IMG/VR virus record: IMGVR_UViG_3300030118_002002
Coordinates: 4,313-68,312 of that record
DNA: 64,000 nt
Direction: 5' to 3' (one strand)
Source of the DNA: a virus
Taxonomy: Duplodnaviria; Caudoviricetes
Shown piece by piece: positions 1-9,515 of this stretch. Under the pieces are notes generated by a model. It saw only the letters and a program-made list of their open reading frames with translations. It did no database searches and was not told the DNA's origin. The position numbers and the translations under genes are program-made. Position 1 is the first letter of the stretch. The number at the start of each line of letters is the position of its first letter.

Positions 1-119
1 GTACTTGGGCATTACCTGAGGAACTTGTTATTGAGAGTGTAAAATTTGAAGATGGTCTATTGTTAGTAGACATCAAGAAGGTTTTACCAGAATCACAACA
101 ACGTAAAGACTGGCTCTAA
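1..119 (+). CDS. hsp20: small heat shock protein Hsp20, 3' end (partial)
   Basis: Frame from nt 3 reads TWALPEELVIESVKFEDGLLLVDIKKVLPESQQRKDWL*, an alpha-crystallin C-terminal motif; usual position upstream of g43 in cyanomyoviruses. Confidence 0.85.
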   Translation, partial: TWALPEELVIESVKFEDGLLLVDIKKVLPESQQRKDWL

Positions 120-145
120 ATAATACTACAACACGGTAGTATTGA

Positions 146-886
146 GTGTACAAGAAAGTCTTACATCATATAAAAGCGTCAGATCTACGGGAAACCGCAG
201 GTCTGACTTTGCGTTTTAGGGACGAATTGAATGATAAGTTCTGGGTAAATGGTGCTTTGAGACCTCAAGTTCGTAAATCTATTATGAACTTTGCCAAAGC
301 ATTTGCTGACTACGTAGATCTGAATGACAGAGCAGTAGTTGATGTGCTTATGTTAGGTGGTAATGCAGGATATAATTATACAAAATATTCTGATATAGAT
401 GTTCATCTAGTGGTAGATACAAACTATATTCCTCAGTGTGACCCATTATTTCTTGATGATTACTACATGGATAAGAAGACATTGTGGGAATTGACTCATG
501 ATGTAAAGATATATGGTGTCCCAGTAGAACCATACATCGAAAGACCAGGTGTTACACGTAAGAAATGTCAGGGTGTGTATAGTGTATTGAAGGGATACTG
601 GGTACAGGAACCAACAAAGTTTGAAGATGACTTTGATGAGAATGAGTTGATGAAGAAGGTGAATAACATCAAGAATAAGTTGGATACACTAATAAAATCT
701 GAGAAACCAGAGGCATTGAAAACAATTGTGAATAAAATAAGGATGGCAAGAGCATCATCACTAGATCAATATGGTGAATATGGTTTTGAAAATCTTGTGT
801 TCAAAGAATTACGTAACAGTGGGTACATAGACAAAGTACGTAGTTCTATGCTATCCTTGAAGAACAAAAGTTTATCCTTATTATGA
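146..886 (+). CDS. Pol-beta superfamily nucleotidyltransferase-like protein
   Basis: Motif MLGGNAGYNYTKYSDIDVH matches hG[GS]..DxD; third acidic residue candidate in PVEPY. Confidence 0.7.
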   Translation: MYKKVLHHIKASDLRETAGLTLRFRDELNDKFWVNGALRPQVRKSIMNFAKAFADYVDLNDRAVVDVLMLGGNAGYNYTKYSDIDVHLVVDTNYIPQCDPLFLDDYYMDKKTLWELTHDVKIYGVPVEPYIERPGVTRKKCQGVYSVLKGYWVQEPTKFEDDFDENELMKKVNNIKNKLDTLIKSEKPEALKTIVNKIRMARASSLDQYGEYGFENLVFKELRNSGYIDKVRSSMLSLKNKSLSLL

Positions 887-1140
887 TAAAGGTTATATTA
901 TTCAAGAACAATCTCGTTCTTATCTCTAGATTAGAAGAGGTAGGGTCTGAGATGGGTGAACCAGACTGTAAACTTATAGATCCTTTTGAACTCAAGGGTG
1001 AGTTCTTAGAATCATGGCCATCATTCAGTATGCAAAGAGAAATGATGGTTCACTCAGATAGTTTCCTCACTATTTTAGAACCAGATAAAGCACAATTAGA
1101 CAAGTATCAAGCACTGATAGCACCAAGCAAGAAGGGTTGA
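883..1140 (+). CDS. conserved hypothetical protein upstream of DNA polymerase
   Basis: 85 aa ORF overlapping both neighbours by 4 nt. Confidence 0.75.
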   Translation: MIKVILFKNNLVLISRLEEVGSEMGEPDCKLIDPFELKGEFLESWPSFSMQREMMVHSDSFLTILEPDKAQLDKYQALIAPSKKG

Positions 1141-3635
1141 TGAGATACTATACCAATGTTCAGATGGTCGGTAACGACTTTCTGGTACGTGGATATGAAA
1201 ATGGTAAATCGTTCACTACCAGAGAGAAATATAACCCTACACTTTTTGTACCAAGCAAGAAGAGAACAAAATATAAAACATTAGATGGCAAATATTTACA
1301 GAGTGTCAAACCTGGTTCTGTAAGAGACTGTAGAGAATTTTATAGGACACATGGTGAGGTAAAAGGATTTGAAATATTTGGAAACAATAGATACATCTAC
1401 CAATATATCTCTGACAAATACCCAGAGAAGGAAATAGTATTTGATATCAACAAGATCAAACTTGTAACGATTGATATTGAGGTCAAATCAGAGAAGGGAT
1501 TCCCTACAGTACAGGCATGTGATGAGGAGATGCTTTGCATCACACTACAGGACTATGCTACTAAAAGGATATTGACATTCGGTGTAGGTCCTTACCATCA
1601 TAATGACAAGATGGTCAAGTATGTGCAGTGTAATGATGAATATGATATGCTCCAGCATTTTATAACATACTGGTCAGCAAATCCACCAGAAGTTGTGACA
1701 GGATGGAACTGTCAGTTATATGATATAGCATATCTTGCTAAAAGAATTACCAGAGTTCTAGGTGAGAAGTCATGTAAAAAATTATCACCATGGGGTCTAG
1801 TAACTCATGAAGAAATTTATCTACAGGGTAGAGCACACACCGTATATGATATTGGTGGTGTCACAGTTTTAGATTACCTTGACTTATATCGTAAGTTTAC
1901 ATACAAAGCACAGGAGTCATACAAACTAGATTACATTGGTGAAGTAGAACTAGGTAAGAAGAAGTTAGATCACTCTGAGTATGACACATTCAAAGATTTT
2001 TATACTAAAGCATGGAATAAATTTGTAGATTACAACATCCAAGACGTTAGACTTGTTGATGCTCTGGAAGAGAAGATGAAGTTGATTGAACTTGCTGTAA
2101 CTATGGCGTTCGATGCTAAAGTAAACTTTACTGATGTCTTCTATCAGGTTCGGATGTGGGATATGATAATATATAATGACCTAAAACGAAAAGGTATTGT
2201 TATACCACCAAAGAAAGATGAATCAAAAAGTGAAAAGTATGCTGGAGCGTATGTCAAAGAACCTAAACCCGGTATTTACGACTGGGTTGTTTCTTTTGAC
2301 CTCAATAGTTTGTATCCTCATCTTATTATGCAGTACAATATATCTCCAGAAACTCTTCTAGATGAGAGATATCCTAATGTAAGTGTTGATAAGTTACTGA
2401 ATGAAGAGGTAGACCTATCTGGTTTAGATGGTGTGACTGTGTGTCCTAATGGTGCCATGTTTACTACAGAGAAACAAGGGTTCCTACCTAAGTTGATGGA
2501 CAAGATATACAGTGAACGTGTTGTCTTCAAGAAGAAGATGATCAAAGCAAAGAAAGCATACGAGAAGAACCCTAGTAAAGAATTAGAAAGAGAAATATCT
2601 AGATGTAATAATATACAGATGGCAAAAAAGATACAACTAAACAGTGCTTATGGTGCTATCGGTAACAACTATTTCAGGTATTATAAATTAGAGAACGCTG
2701 AAGCTATAACGCTAGGCGGTCAGTTCTCTATTCGCTGGATTGAGAATAGAATGAACAAGTACATGAACAAATTACTAAAAACTAAGGAGATTGATTATGT
2801 TATTGCTAGTGACACTGACTCTATCTATTTGCACATGGGTCCTCTGGTTGAAGTTATATACAAAGAACGAGAGAAGACTACTGAGGGTATTGTTGGGTTC
2901 CTTGACAAGGTCTGTGAAGTGGAACTTGAACGGTATATTTCGAGTTCTTACGAAGCGTTGGCCACGTACGTCAATGCCTTTGAACAGAAAATGTTTATGA
3001 AGCGTGAGACAATAGCAGAGAGAGGTATATGGACAGCGAAGAAAAGATACATTCTAAATGCATGGGATATAGAAGGTGTGAGGTTTGCAGAACCTAAGTT
3101 GAAGATTATGGGAATAGAAGCAGTCAAATCTTCTACTCCTGCACCATGTAGAGAGATGATAAAGGATGCTTTGAAACTTATAATGAGTGGTACAGAAGAT
3201 AATGTAATAGATTATATTGATGACATGAGAACTAAATTCAAAAATATGAATCCTGCTTTAGTTGCCTTCCCTAGGTCTTGTAACAATGTGGACAAATATC
3301 ATAGTAATTTTTCAATCTATACAAAGGGAACTCCCATACATGTTAGAGGATCTTTACTGCATAATCACTACGTCAAAAAGTATAAATTAGAAAACAAATA
3401 CTCATACATACAAAATGGGGATAAGATTAAATTTTGTTATCTTACAAAACCTAACCCGATTCAAGAGAACGTAATATCTTTCAATGGTGATTTTCCTACA
3501 GAACTAGGACTGAACAAATACATCGATTACACTTTGATGTTTGAGAAGAGTTTCGTTGAACCTCTCAAGGCAGTCTTAGATGCAATAGGATGGTCAGTAG
3601 AAAGGCAAGCAACACTTGAAAGTTTTTTCATGTGA
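1137..3635 (+). CDS. g43: family B DNA polymerase (T4 gp43-like)
   Basis: Exo motif DIE; polymerase motifs DLNSLYP, KIQLNSAYG, SDTDS, KKRY; C-terminal clamp-binding LESFF. Confidence 0.98.
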   Translation: MMRYYTNVQMVGNDFLVRGYENGKSFTTREKYNPTLFVPSKKRTKYKTLDGKYLQSVKPGSVRDCREFYRTHGEVKGFEIFGNNRYIYQYISDKYPEKEIVFDINKIKLVTIDIEVKSEKGFPTVQACDEEMLCITLQDYATKRILTFGVGPYHHNDKMVKYVQCNDEYDMLQHFITYWSANPPEVVTGWNCQLYDIAYLAKRITRVLGEKSCKKLSPWGLVTHEEIYLQGRAHTVYDIGGVTVLDYLDLYRKFTYKAQESYKLDYIGEVELGKKKLDHSEYDTFKDFYTKAWNKFVDYNIQDVRLVDALEEKMKLIELAVTMAFDAKVNFTDVFYQVRMWDMIIYNDLKRKGIVIPPKKDESKSEKYAGAYVKEPKPGIYDWVVSFDLNSLYPHLIMQYNISPETLLDERYPNVSVDKLLNEEVDLSGLDGVTVCPNGAMFTTEKQGFLPKLMDKIYSERVVFKKKMIKAKKAYEKNPSKELEREISRCNNIQMAKKIQLNSAYGAIGNNYFRYYKLENAEAITLGGQFSIRWIENRMNKYMNKLLKTKEIDYVIASDTDSIYLHMGPLVEVIYKEREKTTEGIVGFLDKVCEVELERYISSSYEALATYVNAFEQKMFMKRETIAERGIWTAKKRYILNAWDIEGVRFAEPKLKIMGIEAVKSSTPAPCREMIKDALKLIMSGTEDNVIDYIDDMRTKFKNMNPALVAFPRSCNNVDKYHSNFSIYTKGTPIHVRGSLLHNHYVKKYKLENKYSYIQNGDKIKFCYLTKPNPIQENVISFNGDFPTELGLNKYIDYTLMFEKSFVEPLKAVLDAIGWSVERQATLESFFM

Positions 3636-3662
3636 TGCTATAATATAATTTTACATCATGTT

Positions 3663-3842
3663 ATGGACTTACCTATAGACGACAAAGAGTTTGACTACAT
3701 CGTATACTCGCTATGGAAGTGCAGAAAAACTGAAAAACAATGTGGTGATTTGTACGAAAAATTAGCATTGGTGAAGGAATACAAAGATCAAGGTTTACCT
3801 TACAAGAAAATACTCAGAGAAAAACACGGTATCGTAGCATGA
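3663..3842 (+). CDS. hypothetical protein (59 aa, not in ORF track)
   Basis: MDLPIDDKEFDYIVYSLWKC...KHGIVA*; stop overlaps next ATG (ATGA). Confidence 0.65.
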   Translation: MDLPIDDKEFDYIVYSLWKCRKTEKQCGDLYEKLALVKEYKDQGLPYKKILREKHGIVA

Positions 3843-4045
3843 AAATGAAATTGTATGGAGCAACAGGCAAGGGCAGACTTCCTACGTTAGGATCTCTATT
3901 CGATATAAAAAATTACCCAAAGTTTAATGTAGCACTACACCAGAGTAGGTGGCCAGTGGTATGGTGGGATGAGAAGGTCGAAGCAAGAAGAAATAAAAAA
4001 CGTATTCAACAACAAAAGATAGATAGATTATATCCTAAGGTATAA
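3839..4045 (+). CDS. hypothetical protein
   Basis: 68 aa ORF translationally coupled on both sides. Confidence 0.6.
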   Translation: MKMKLYGATGKGRLPTLGSLFDIKNYPKFNVALHQSRWPVVWWDEKVEARRNKKRIQQQKIDRLYPKV

Positions 4046-4503
4046 TGTTTTTTGAAAAAGTGAGTTTGGTCACGGGTGGGTTTGATCCTATCCACAGTGG
4101 TCATATACAATATTTTGCTAGAGCAAAAGATCTATCAAACTACCTAGTGGTTGGTTTGAATGGTGATCCATGGTTGACTAGAAAGAAGGGTCAGTATTTT
4201 CAGAGTTGGACAGAGCGAGCAGATATAATAAGACATTTGGATATGGTTGACGCTGTGATATCATGGGATGATGCTGATGATTCTGCCTGTGGTGCAATAG
4301 ATAAGTGTCTTGATATAGCACAGGAAGTTATCTTTTGCAATGGTGGAGACAGAGGCAAGGGGAACACCCCAGAACTTGACAAATTCCAAAACAATGATAG
4401 AGTTAAGTTTGAATGGGGTATCGGTGGTACAGATAAAATGAACAGCAGTTCATGGATTCTCCACGGATACTTTGAAAGACAACGTAAACTTCTTGGCATA
4501 TGA
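4045..4503 (+). CDS. cytidylyltransferase-family nucleotidyltransferase (TagD/RfaE-like)
   Basis: TGGFDPIHSGH (HIGH motif), NGGDR, K..SSS. Confidence 0.9.
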   Translation: MFFEKVSLVTGGFDPIHSGHIQYFARAKDLSNYLVVGLNGDPWLTRKKGQYFQSWTERADIIRHLDMVDAVISWDDADDSACGAIDKCLDIAQEVIFCNGGDRGKGNTPELDKFQNNDRVKFEWGIGGTDKMNSSSWILHGYFERQRKLLGI

Positions 4504-4652
4504 ATTGTTGGCACTGTCAAACAGAACTGATTTGGGGTTGTGACTTCGATGGATCAGACTATGGATGTGAGGAAGACTATTCTATAGTCTCTACATTCAC
4601 ATGTCCTAAATGTGAATCATATGTGGAAGTTTATTACCCAAATAAAAACTAA
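4500..4652 (+). CDS. small zinc-ribbon protein (50 aa, not in ORF track)
   Basis: MNCWHC...FTCPKCESYVEVYYPNKN*: two CxxC pairs; coupled to both neighbours. Confidence 0.7.
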   Translation: MNCWHCQTELIWGCDFDGSDYGCEEDYSIVSTFTCPKCESYVEVYYPNKN

Positions 4653-5659
4653 TGGATTTTTTAAAAGACGTTATCAAGGAGATTGGAGATGATTACGCCA
4701 CGGTTGCGAACAAAATCGATGATACGGAGAGAACAGTTGACACAGGTTCTTACATACTCAACGCTCTTGTTAGTGGCAGTGTCTTCGGTGGCGTTAGTGG
4801 CAATAAGATTACAGCCATTGCTGGAGAAACCTCAACAGGAAAGACTTATTTCTCCCTCGCAATCGTCAAGAACTTCTTAGACAAGCATCCCGATGGTGGT
4901 GTTATGTATTTTGACACAGAGTCTGCAATCACAAAAGGATTGTTAGAGTCTCGTGGTATAGACCTAGAACGTGTAGGTATTATAAATGTAGTTACAATAG
5001 AACAGTTTCGTAACAGAGCACTAACCGTCGTAGACAAATATCTTGGTTTGGAAGAATCAGATAGAAAACCTATGATGTTTGTATTAGACTCTCTTGGCAT
5101 GCTCTCCACAGAGAAAGAGATTAAAGATGCACTGGATGATAAGCAAGTCCGTGACATGACTAAATCTCAACTTGTGAAGGGTGCATTTAGAATGTTAACT
5201 CTCAAATTAGGTCAAGCAAATGTCCCACTCATTGTCACAAATCATACATACGATGTCATCGGAGCTTATGTTCCAACTAAAGAAATGGGAGGAGGTAGTG
5301 GACTCAAGTACGCAGCAAGTACAATCATATATCTCAGCAAGGGAAAAGAAAAGGATGGCACGGAAGTCATCGGAAATATTATCAAAGCGAAGACTGTCAA
5401 GTCTCGTCTAAGTAGAGAGAATCGTCAAGTTTCTATACGTCTATACTATGATGAACGTGGTTTGGATAGATACTATGGACTGCTAGATCTTGCAGAGAAG
5501 CATGGTGTTATAAAGAAGGTTGCTAATAGGTATGAAATTGATGGTAAAAAGGTATACGCTAAAGAGGTATACAAAAATCCTGAGAAATATTTTACACCAG
5601 AACTAATGCAAGCATTAGATGAGGTATCAGTCAAAGAGTTTACATATGGAGGTGAATAA
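4652..5659 (+). CDS. uvsX: RecA-like recombinase UvsX
   Basis: Walker A GETSTGKT, FDTE, LDSLG, MGGGSG. Confidence 0.95.
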   Translation: MDFLKDVIKEIGDDYATVANKIDDTERTVDTGSYILNALVSGSVFGGVSGNKITAIAGETSTGKTYFSLAIVKNFLDKHPDGGVMYFDTESAITKGLLESRGIDLERVGIINVVTIEQFRNRALTVVDKYLGLEESDRKPMMFVLDSLGMLSTEKEIKDALDDKQVRDMTKSQLVKGAFRMLTLKLGQANVPLIVTNHTYDVIGAYVPTKEMGGGSGLKYAASTIIYLSKGKEKDGTEVIGNIIKAKTVKSRLSRENRQVSIRLYYDERGLDRYYGLLDLAEKHGVIKKVANRYEIDGKKVYAKEVYKNPEKYFTPELMQALDEVSVKEFTYGGE

Positions 5660-7042
5660 GTGACGGAAAGAGTTCCTCTTACCATCCTCAAAAATCTTAT
5701 TCACAACGAAACATACACACGACAGGTCATACCTTTCATCGAACCTGATTATTTTGAAGAAAGGACAGATCGTATTGTTTTTGAAGAGGTTGCAAAGTTT
5801 TTGAATGAATATGATAAGACTCCTACTAAAGAAGTCTTGCATATTGAGGTAGAAAAACGAGTAGATGTTACTGAGGAGGAGTATAGAAATATAGAACAAC
5901 TTATATCTGCACTTGATACGGAAGTGTCAGAGTCAAAATGGTTGCTTGATACTACAGAAGATTGGTGTAAACAGAGAGCGATATACTTAGCACTTATCAA
6001 GAGTATACAGATTGCTGATGGGCAAGATGAACACAAGAAACCAGAAGCAATCCCTGCTATACTGTCAGATGCACTGGCAGTTGGATTCGACCAACATGTT
6101 GGTCATGATTACATAGATGATTCGGAGGATCGTTATGCTTACTACCACAGAGTCGAGAACAAAATACCATTTGATCTCGAATACTTCAACAAAATTACCT
6201 CAGGTGGGATCTCTGATAAGACTCTCAATATCGCTCTCGCTGGTACTGGTGTTGGTAAGTCTTTATTCATGTGCCATGTTGCTAGTTCATGTCTTGTACA
6301 GGGTAAAAATGTCCTGTATATCACTCTTGAGATGGCAGAGGAAAAGATTGCAGAGAGGATAGATGCAAACCTACTTGACACTAATATAAAAGACATTGCA
6401 GAATTACCTGAGAAAATATTCAACAAAAAGATAACAAATCTATCTAAAAAGACAGAGGGTAAGTTGATTGTCAAGGAATATCCTACTGCATCAGCACATT
6501 GTGGACACTTCAAGTCACTATTGCAGGAGTTGAAGTTGAAAAAATCTTTCTCTCCTGATATAATATTTGTAGATTACCTAAACATCTGTGCTTCATCACG
6601 TTATAGGAGTGCAGTCAACGTAAATTCCTATTCATATGTCAAAGCAATCGCAGAAGAACTTAGAGGACTTGCTGTTGAATTTAGTCTTCCAATTGTCTCA
6701 GCTACGCAAACTACTAGGTCTGGTTTTGCTAGTTCTGACCCTAATCTTACTGACACAAGTGAATCTTTTGGTCTCCCTGCCACTGCTGATCTTATGTTTG
6801 CTCTTATTAGCACAGAAGAGTTGGAGGGACTTAATCAAATAATGGTCAAACAGTTGAAGAATCGCTACAATGATCCGACAATCAACAAAAGATTTGTTGT
6901 AGGCATTGACAGAGCGAAAATGAGACTGTATGATGTAGAACAGGGAGCACAACAAGATATTGTAGAAGATATCGAAGTTGTACAACACAATAAAAAAGAA
7001 CAATCACAATCCAAATCCAAATTCGATGACTTCAAATTTTGA
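5660..7042 (+). CDS. g41: replicative helicase (T4 gp41-like)
   Basis: AGTGVGKS, ITLEMAE, VDYLN, SATQTTR, SESFGLP, QLKNRY. Confidence 0.97.
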   Translation: MTERVPLTILKNLIHNETYTRQVIPFIEPDYFEERTDRIVFEEVAKFLNEYDKTPTKEVLHIEVEKRVDVTEEEYRNIEQLISALDTEVSESKWLLDTTEDWCKQRAIYLALIKSIQIADGQDEHKKPEAIPAILSDALAVGFDQHVGHDYIDDSEDRYAYYHRVENKIPFDLEYFNKITSGGISDKTLNIALAGTGVGKSLFMCHVASSCLVQGKNVLYITLEMAEEKIAERIDANLLDTNIKDIAELPEKIFNKKITNLSKKTEGKLIVKEYPTASAHCGHFKSLLQELKLKKSFSPDIIFVDYLNICASSRYRSAVNVNSYSYVKAIAEELRGLAVEFSLPIVSATQTTRSGFASSDPNLTDTSESFGLPATADLMFALISTEELEGLNQIMVKQLKNRYNDPTINKRFVVGIDRAKMRLYDVEQGAQQDIVEDIEVVQHNKKEQSQSKSKFDDFKF

Positions 7043-7430
7043 TAAGTATGTTCGTTTCGTAAATCAAGTTACGAGTGACGAATCTAAAGATGCTGTAGCA
7101 TTCATGAACCGTATACAAGACCTGAAGGAGCAGAAGACTGAAATGCATCGTCTTTTGACAGGAGCAGTAGGTGTATGTTCTGAAGGTGGAGAGTTTTTAG
7201 AGATAGTAAAGAAGATGATCTTCCAAGGCAAACCATGGGACGAGGCAAATATACATCATCTCAAGATAGAACTAGGAGATATCATGTGGTATGTTGCACA
7301 GTGCTGCATGGCATTAGATGTACCTCTTGAGGAGATAACTGACATGAATATTGATAAGTTATCTAAGAGATACCCTAACGGTATGTTCCAAGAGTACTAT
7401 TCGGAGAACAGAAAAGAAGGTGACCTCTAG
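7026..7430 (+). CDS. mazG: MazG nucleotide pyrophosphohydrolase
   Basis: EGGEFLE..KK..FQGK, ELGDIMWY, NIDKL.KRYP; start placed at the internal ATG. Confidence 0.92.
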   Translation: MTSNFDKYVRFVNQVTSDESKDAVAFMNRIQDLKEQKTEMHRLLTGAVGVCSEGGEFLEIVKKMIFQGKPWDEANIHHLKIELGDIMWYVAQCCMALDVPLEEITDMNIDKLSKRYPNGMFQEYYSENRKEGDL

Positions 7431-8115
7431 TTATTGTATAACTTGTCTTAAGATAGGCGACAAATTTGACCATTCATATGTGAATAATCTTTATGGTATG
7501 ATAAGTCGCCAGTCTGATGCAGATTTTTATTGTTTCACTGACAATCCTGAGGGAATTGATCCCAAAGTAAATACTATAGAGATAGACGTTAGTGAGTATC
7601 AATCATGGGATAATTGGTGGGCAGCGTGGTGGAAGATAGTGCTCTTCGTTCGTCCTGAGTTGGAAAAGTATGAGAGAAAGATCTTTTTTGACTTAGATGT
7701 TATCATTCACGGAAATATTTCACAAATACTTGACTTCAATAGTAACTTTGCATTAGTATACAGTACGTGGAAGGGAGTTCCCTTCAAAATGAAGTACCCA
7801 CACAAGAGTTTATTCAACTCAAGTGTTATAGTTTGGAAAAACGCTACATCAATATATGAGTATTTTATGCAAAACGCAAAACATTATGTGTCTAAATATG
7901 CAGGAACGGATGATTTTTATCACAACGAGAAAATCAAGAGAGAACAACTACCGCACTGCATATATTCCTACAGGGATGGAGAAAAACCAAATCAATTAAA
8001 TAGTTTTATTTTGAGACAGAACAAAGCAATAGCACTCTTACATCAGAGACCAAAGAACCATGAATTGAGTGAATCAGAACATCCAATAGTGAAGCACTGG
8101 AAGGTTTATATATAA
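7420..8115 (+). CDS. GT-A fold glycosyltransferase-like protein
   Basis: CLKIGDKF..YVNNL, FYCFTD, WWK, FFDLDVII (DxD), FNSSV; start uncertain (GTG 7420 assumed). Confidence 0.7.
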   Translation: MTSSYCITCLKIGDKFDHSYVNNLYGMISRQSDADFYCFTDNPEGIDPKVNTIEIDVSEYQSWDNWWAAWWKIVLFVRPELEKYERKIFFDLDVIIHGNISQILDFNSNFALVYSTWKGVPFKMKYPHKSLFNSSVIVWKNATSIYEYFMQNAKHYVSKYAGTDDFYHNEKIKREQLPHCIYSYRDGEKPNQLNSFILRQNKAIALLHQRPKNHELSESEHPIVKHWKVYI

Positions 8116-8183
8116 ATTTACGAGGAGTGATGCTGCCTGTCTAAAAAAGATCGTCGTTCACAACTACTATATCAAAAAACATT

Positions 8184-8438
8184 ATGTCTTTTGTTAATCC
8201 TAAGTGGTTCGAGCGTTTTCCTCGCACCATTACTAAAGCAGTTACTTGGCGTAGCTGGATGATGGTTACTAACAGTGTAATCGGTTGGATCGTTTCGGGT
8301 GATCCTTGGAAAGGTCTTACAATAGGACTTATGGCACTCGTCATAAACTCCACACTCTATATTCTACATGAGCGTCTCTGGAACAGAAACGACTGGCAGC
8401 GTAGAACAACTTCTGCTACAGAGAAAGTTTACATCTAA
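8184..8438 (+). CDS. DUF2061 family small membrane protein
   Basis: RTITKAVTWR...YILHERLWNR signature with two hydrophobic helices. Confidence 0.8.
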   Translation: MSFVNPKWFERFPRTITKAVTWRSWMMVTNSVIGWIVSGDPWKGLTIGLMALVINSTLYILHERLWNRNDWQRRTTSATEKVYI

Positions 8439-8444
8439 TAAATA
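8436..8444 (+). promoter_or_regulatory. T4-type late promoter candidate (NATAAATA)
   Basis: TAATAAATA about 30 nt upstream of the DctP-like ATG. Confidence 0.5.
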
Positions 8445-8476
8445 CTATTAGTAAAACTATTCCTAAGGGGTAATTT

Positions 8477-9436
8477 ATGAAAACAATTAGATGGGTTCTA
8501 GCACACGAACCAATTGAATTGTTTCTAAGAGCTGCGAGAAAGTTCAAGGCATCTATGGAAGCAATCGCACCAGGTGCTTTGAACATTGAAATTCTCACAC
8601 TCTCTGAGTACGCTGAGAAGTATAATAACGGTGAGTCAATTACTAAGCACGACTTACTAGATCTAATGGCAGAAGGGAAGATTGAGGTCTCCCAGATGTA
8701 TACCTCAACATTAGGTCGTAAGCACAACAAAGATTTCTGGGCATTAGATATGCCATTCTTGTTCCGTGATCATGATCACGCAAGTCATGTCTTTGAAGGT
8801 CCTATTGGTAAGTCACTACTTGATGGTTTAGCAGATCCTGCTAAAGGTGAAAAGGGCGGAGTAAAAGGCTTAGCGTTCACATACTCAGGCGGATACAGAA
8901 ACATCCCTGCAAACGCAGAAATACATAAGATCGAAGACTTTGAAGGACTTGAGTTACGTTGTAACAAATCTCCTATCGCTATCGAAACTCTAGAATGCGT
9001 TGGTGCTAAGACAGTTCCAATCGAATTAGAGCAGATCAACGAAGGAGTTCAGTCTGGAATTATCGTTGGTGGAGAGTCAACATACCCTCGCTTTTTTGGA
9101 TTGAAGCAGAATGAGTGTATGAATACAATCAACGACACATCACACAGTCTATTCCTTACATCAATCATTGTAAGTGAAGGGTTCTGGAACTCTCTAGACA
9201 AAGATCTTCAAGATAAGATCCAAGACGCATCATTCGATGCTGCTAGAGCAGAAAGAGTTTGGTCTGTGGAAGACATTGACTTAGTCAAGTCTGCATGTGC
9301 CGATGAGAACATCAACGTTGTCACTATGAGCGACGAAGAGAAGTCTAGATTCAAAGAAAAGACAGCATACATCTATGACAAGTATGCACACTTGTTCCCA
9401 GAGGGACTTGTGGATTCTATAAAAGAAACAAAGTAA
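8477..9436 (+). CDS. TRAP transporter substrate-binding protein (DctP-like), no signal peptide
   Basis: ALDMPFLFRD.DH, GYRNI, I..IEDFEGL.LR, GA.TVP, H.LFLT.IIVSE.FWNSL..DLQ pattern of the DctP family. Confidence 0.85.
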   Translation: MKTIRWVLAHEPIELFLRAARKFKASMEAIAPGALNIEILTLSEYAEKYNNGESITKHDLLDLMAEGKIEVSQMYTSTLGRKHNKDFWALDMPFLFRDHDHASHVFEGPIGKSLLDGLADPAKGEKGGVKGLAFTYSGGYRNIPANAEIHKIEDFEGLELRCNKSPIAIETLECVGAKTVPIELEQINEGVQSGIIVGGESTYPRFFGLKQNECMNTINDTSHSLFLTSIIVSEGFWNSLDKDLQDKIQDASFDAARAERVWSVEDIDLVKSACADENINVVTMSDEEKSRFKEKTAYIYDKYAHLFPEGLVDSIKETK

Positions 9437-9457
9437 TTCCACAGTGCATGGAATTGT

Positions 9458-9484
9458 AGGGAGTCTTCGGACTCCCTTTTTTTT
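9458..9484 (+). terminator. Rho-independent terminator
   Basis: AGGGAGTC-TTCG-GACTCCCT followed by a T run. Confidence 0.9.
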
Positions 9485-9515
9485 GTGTCTATATAATACA
9501 TAGAATCCTTTTATA

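Noticed and set aside
8115-8183. Possible riboswitch upstream of the DUF2061 gene
   Set aside because: Only weak pairing (CGAGGA/TCGTCG) and no recognisable aptamer consensus
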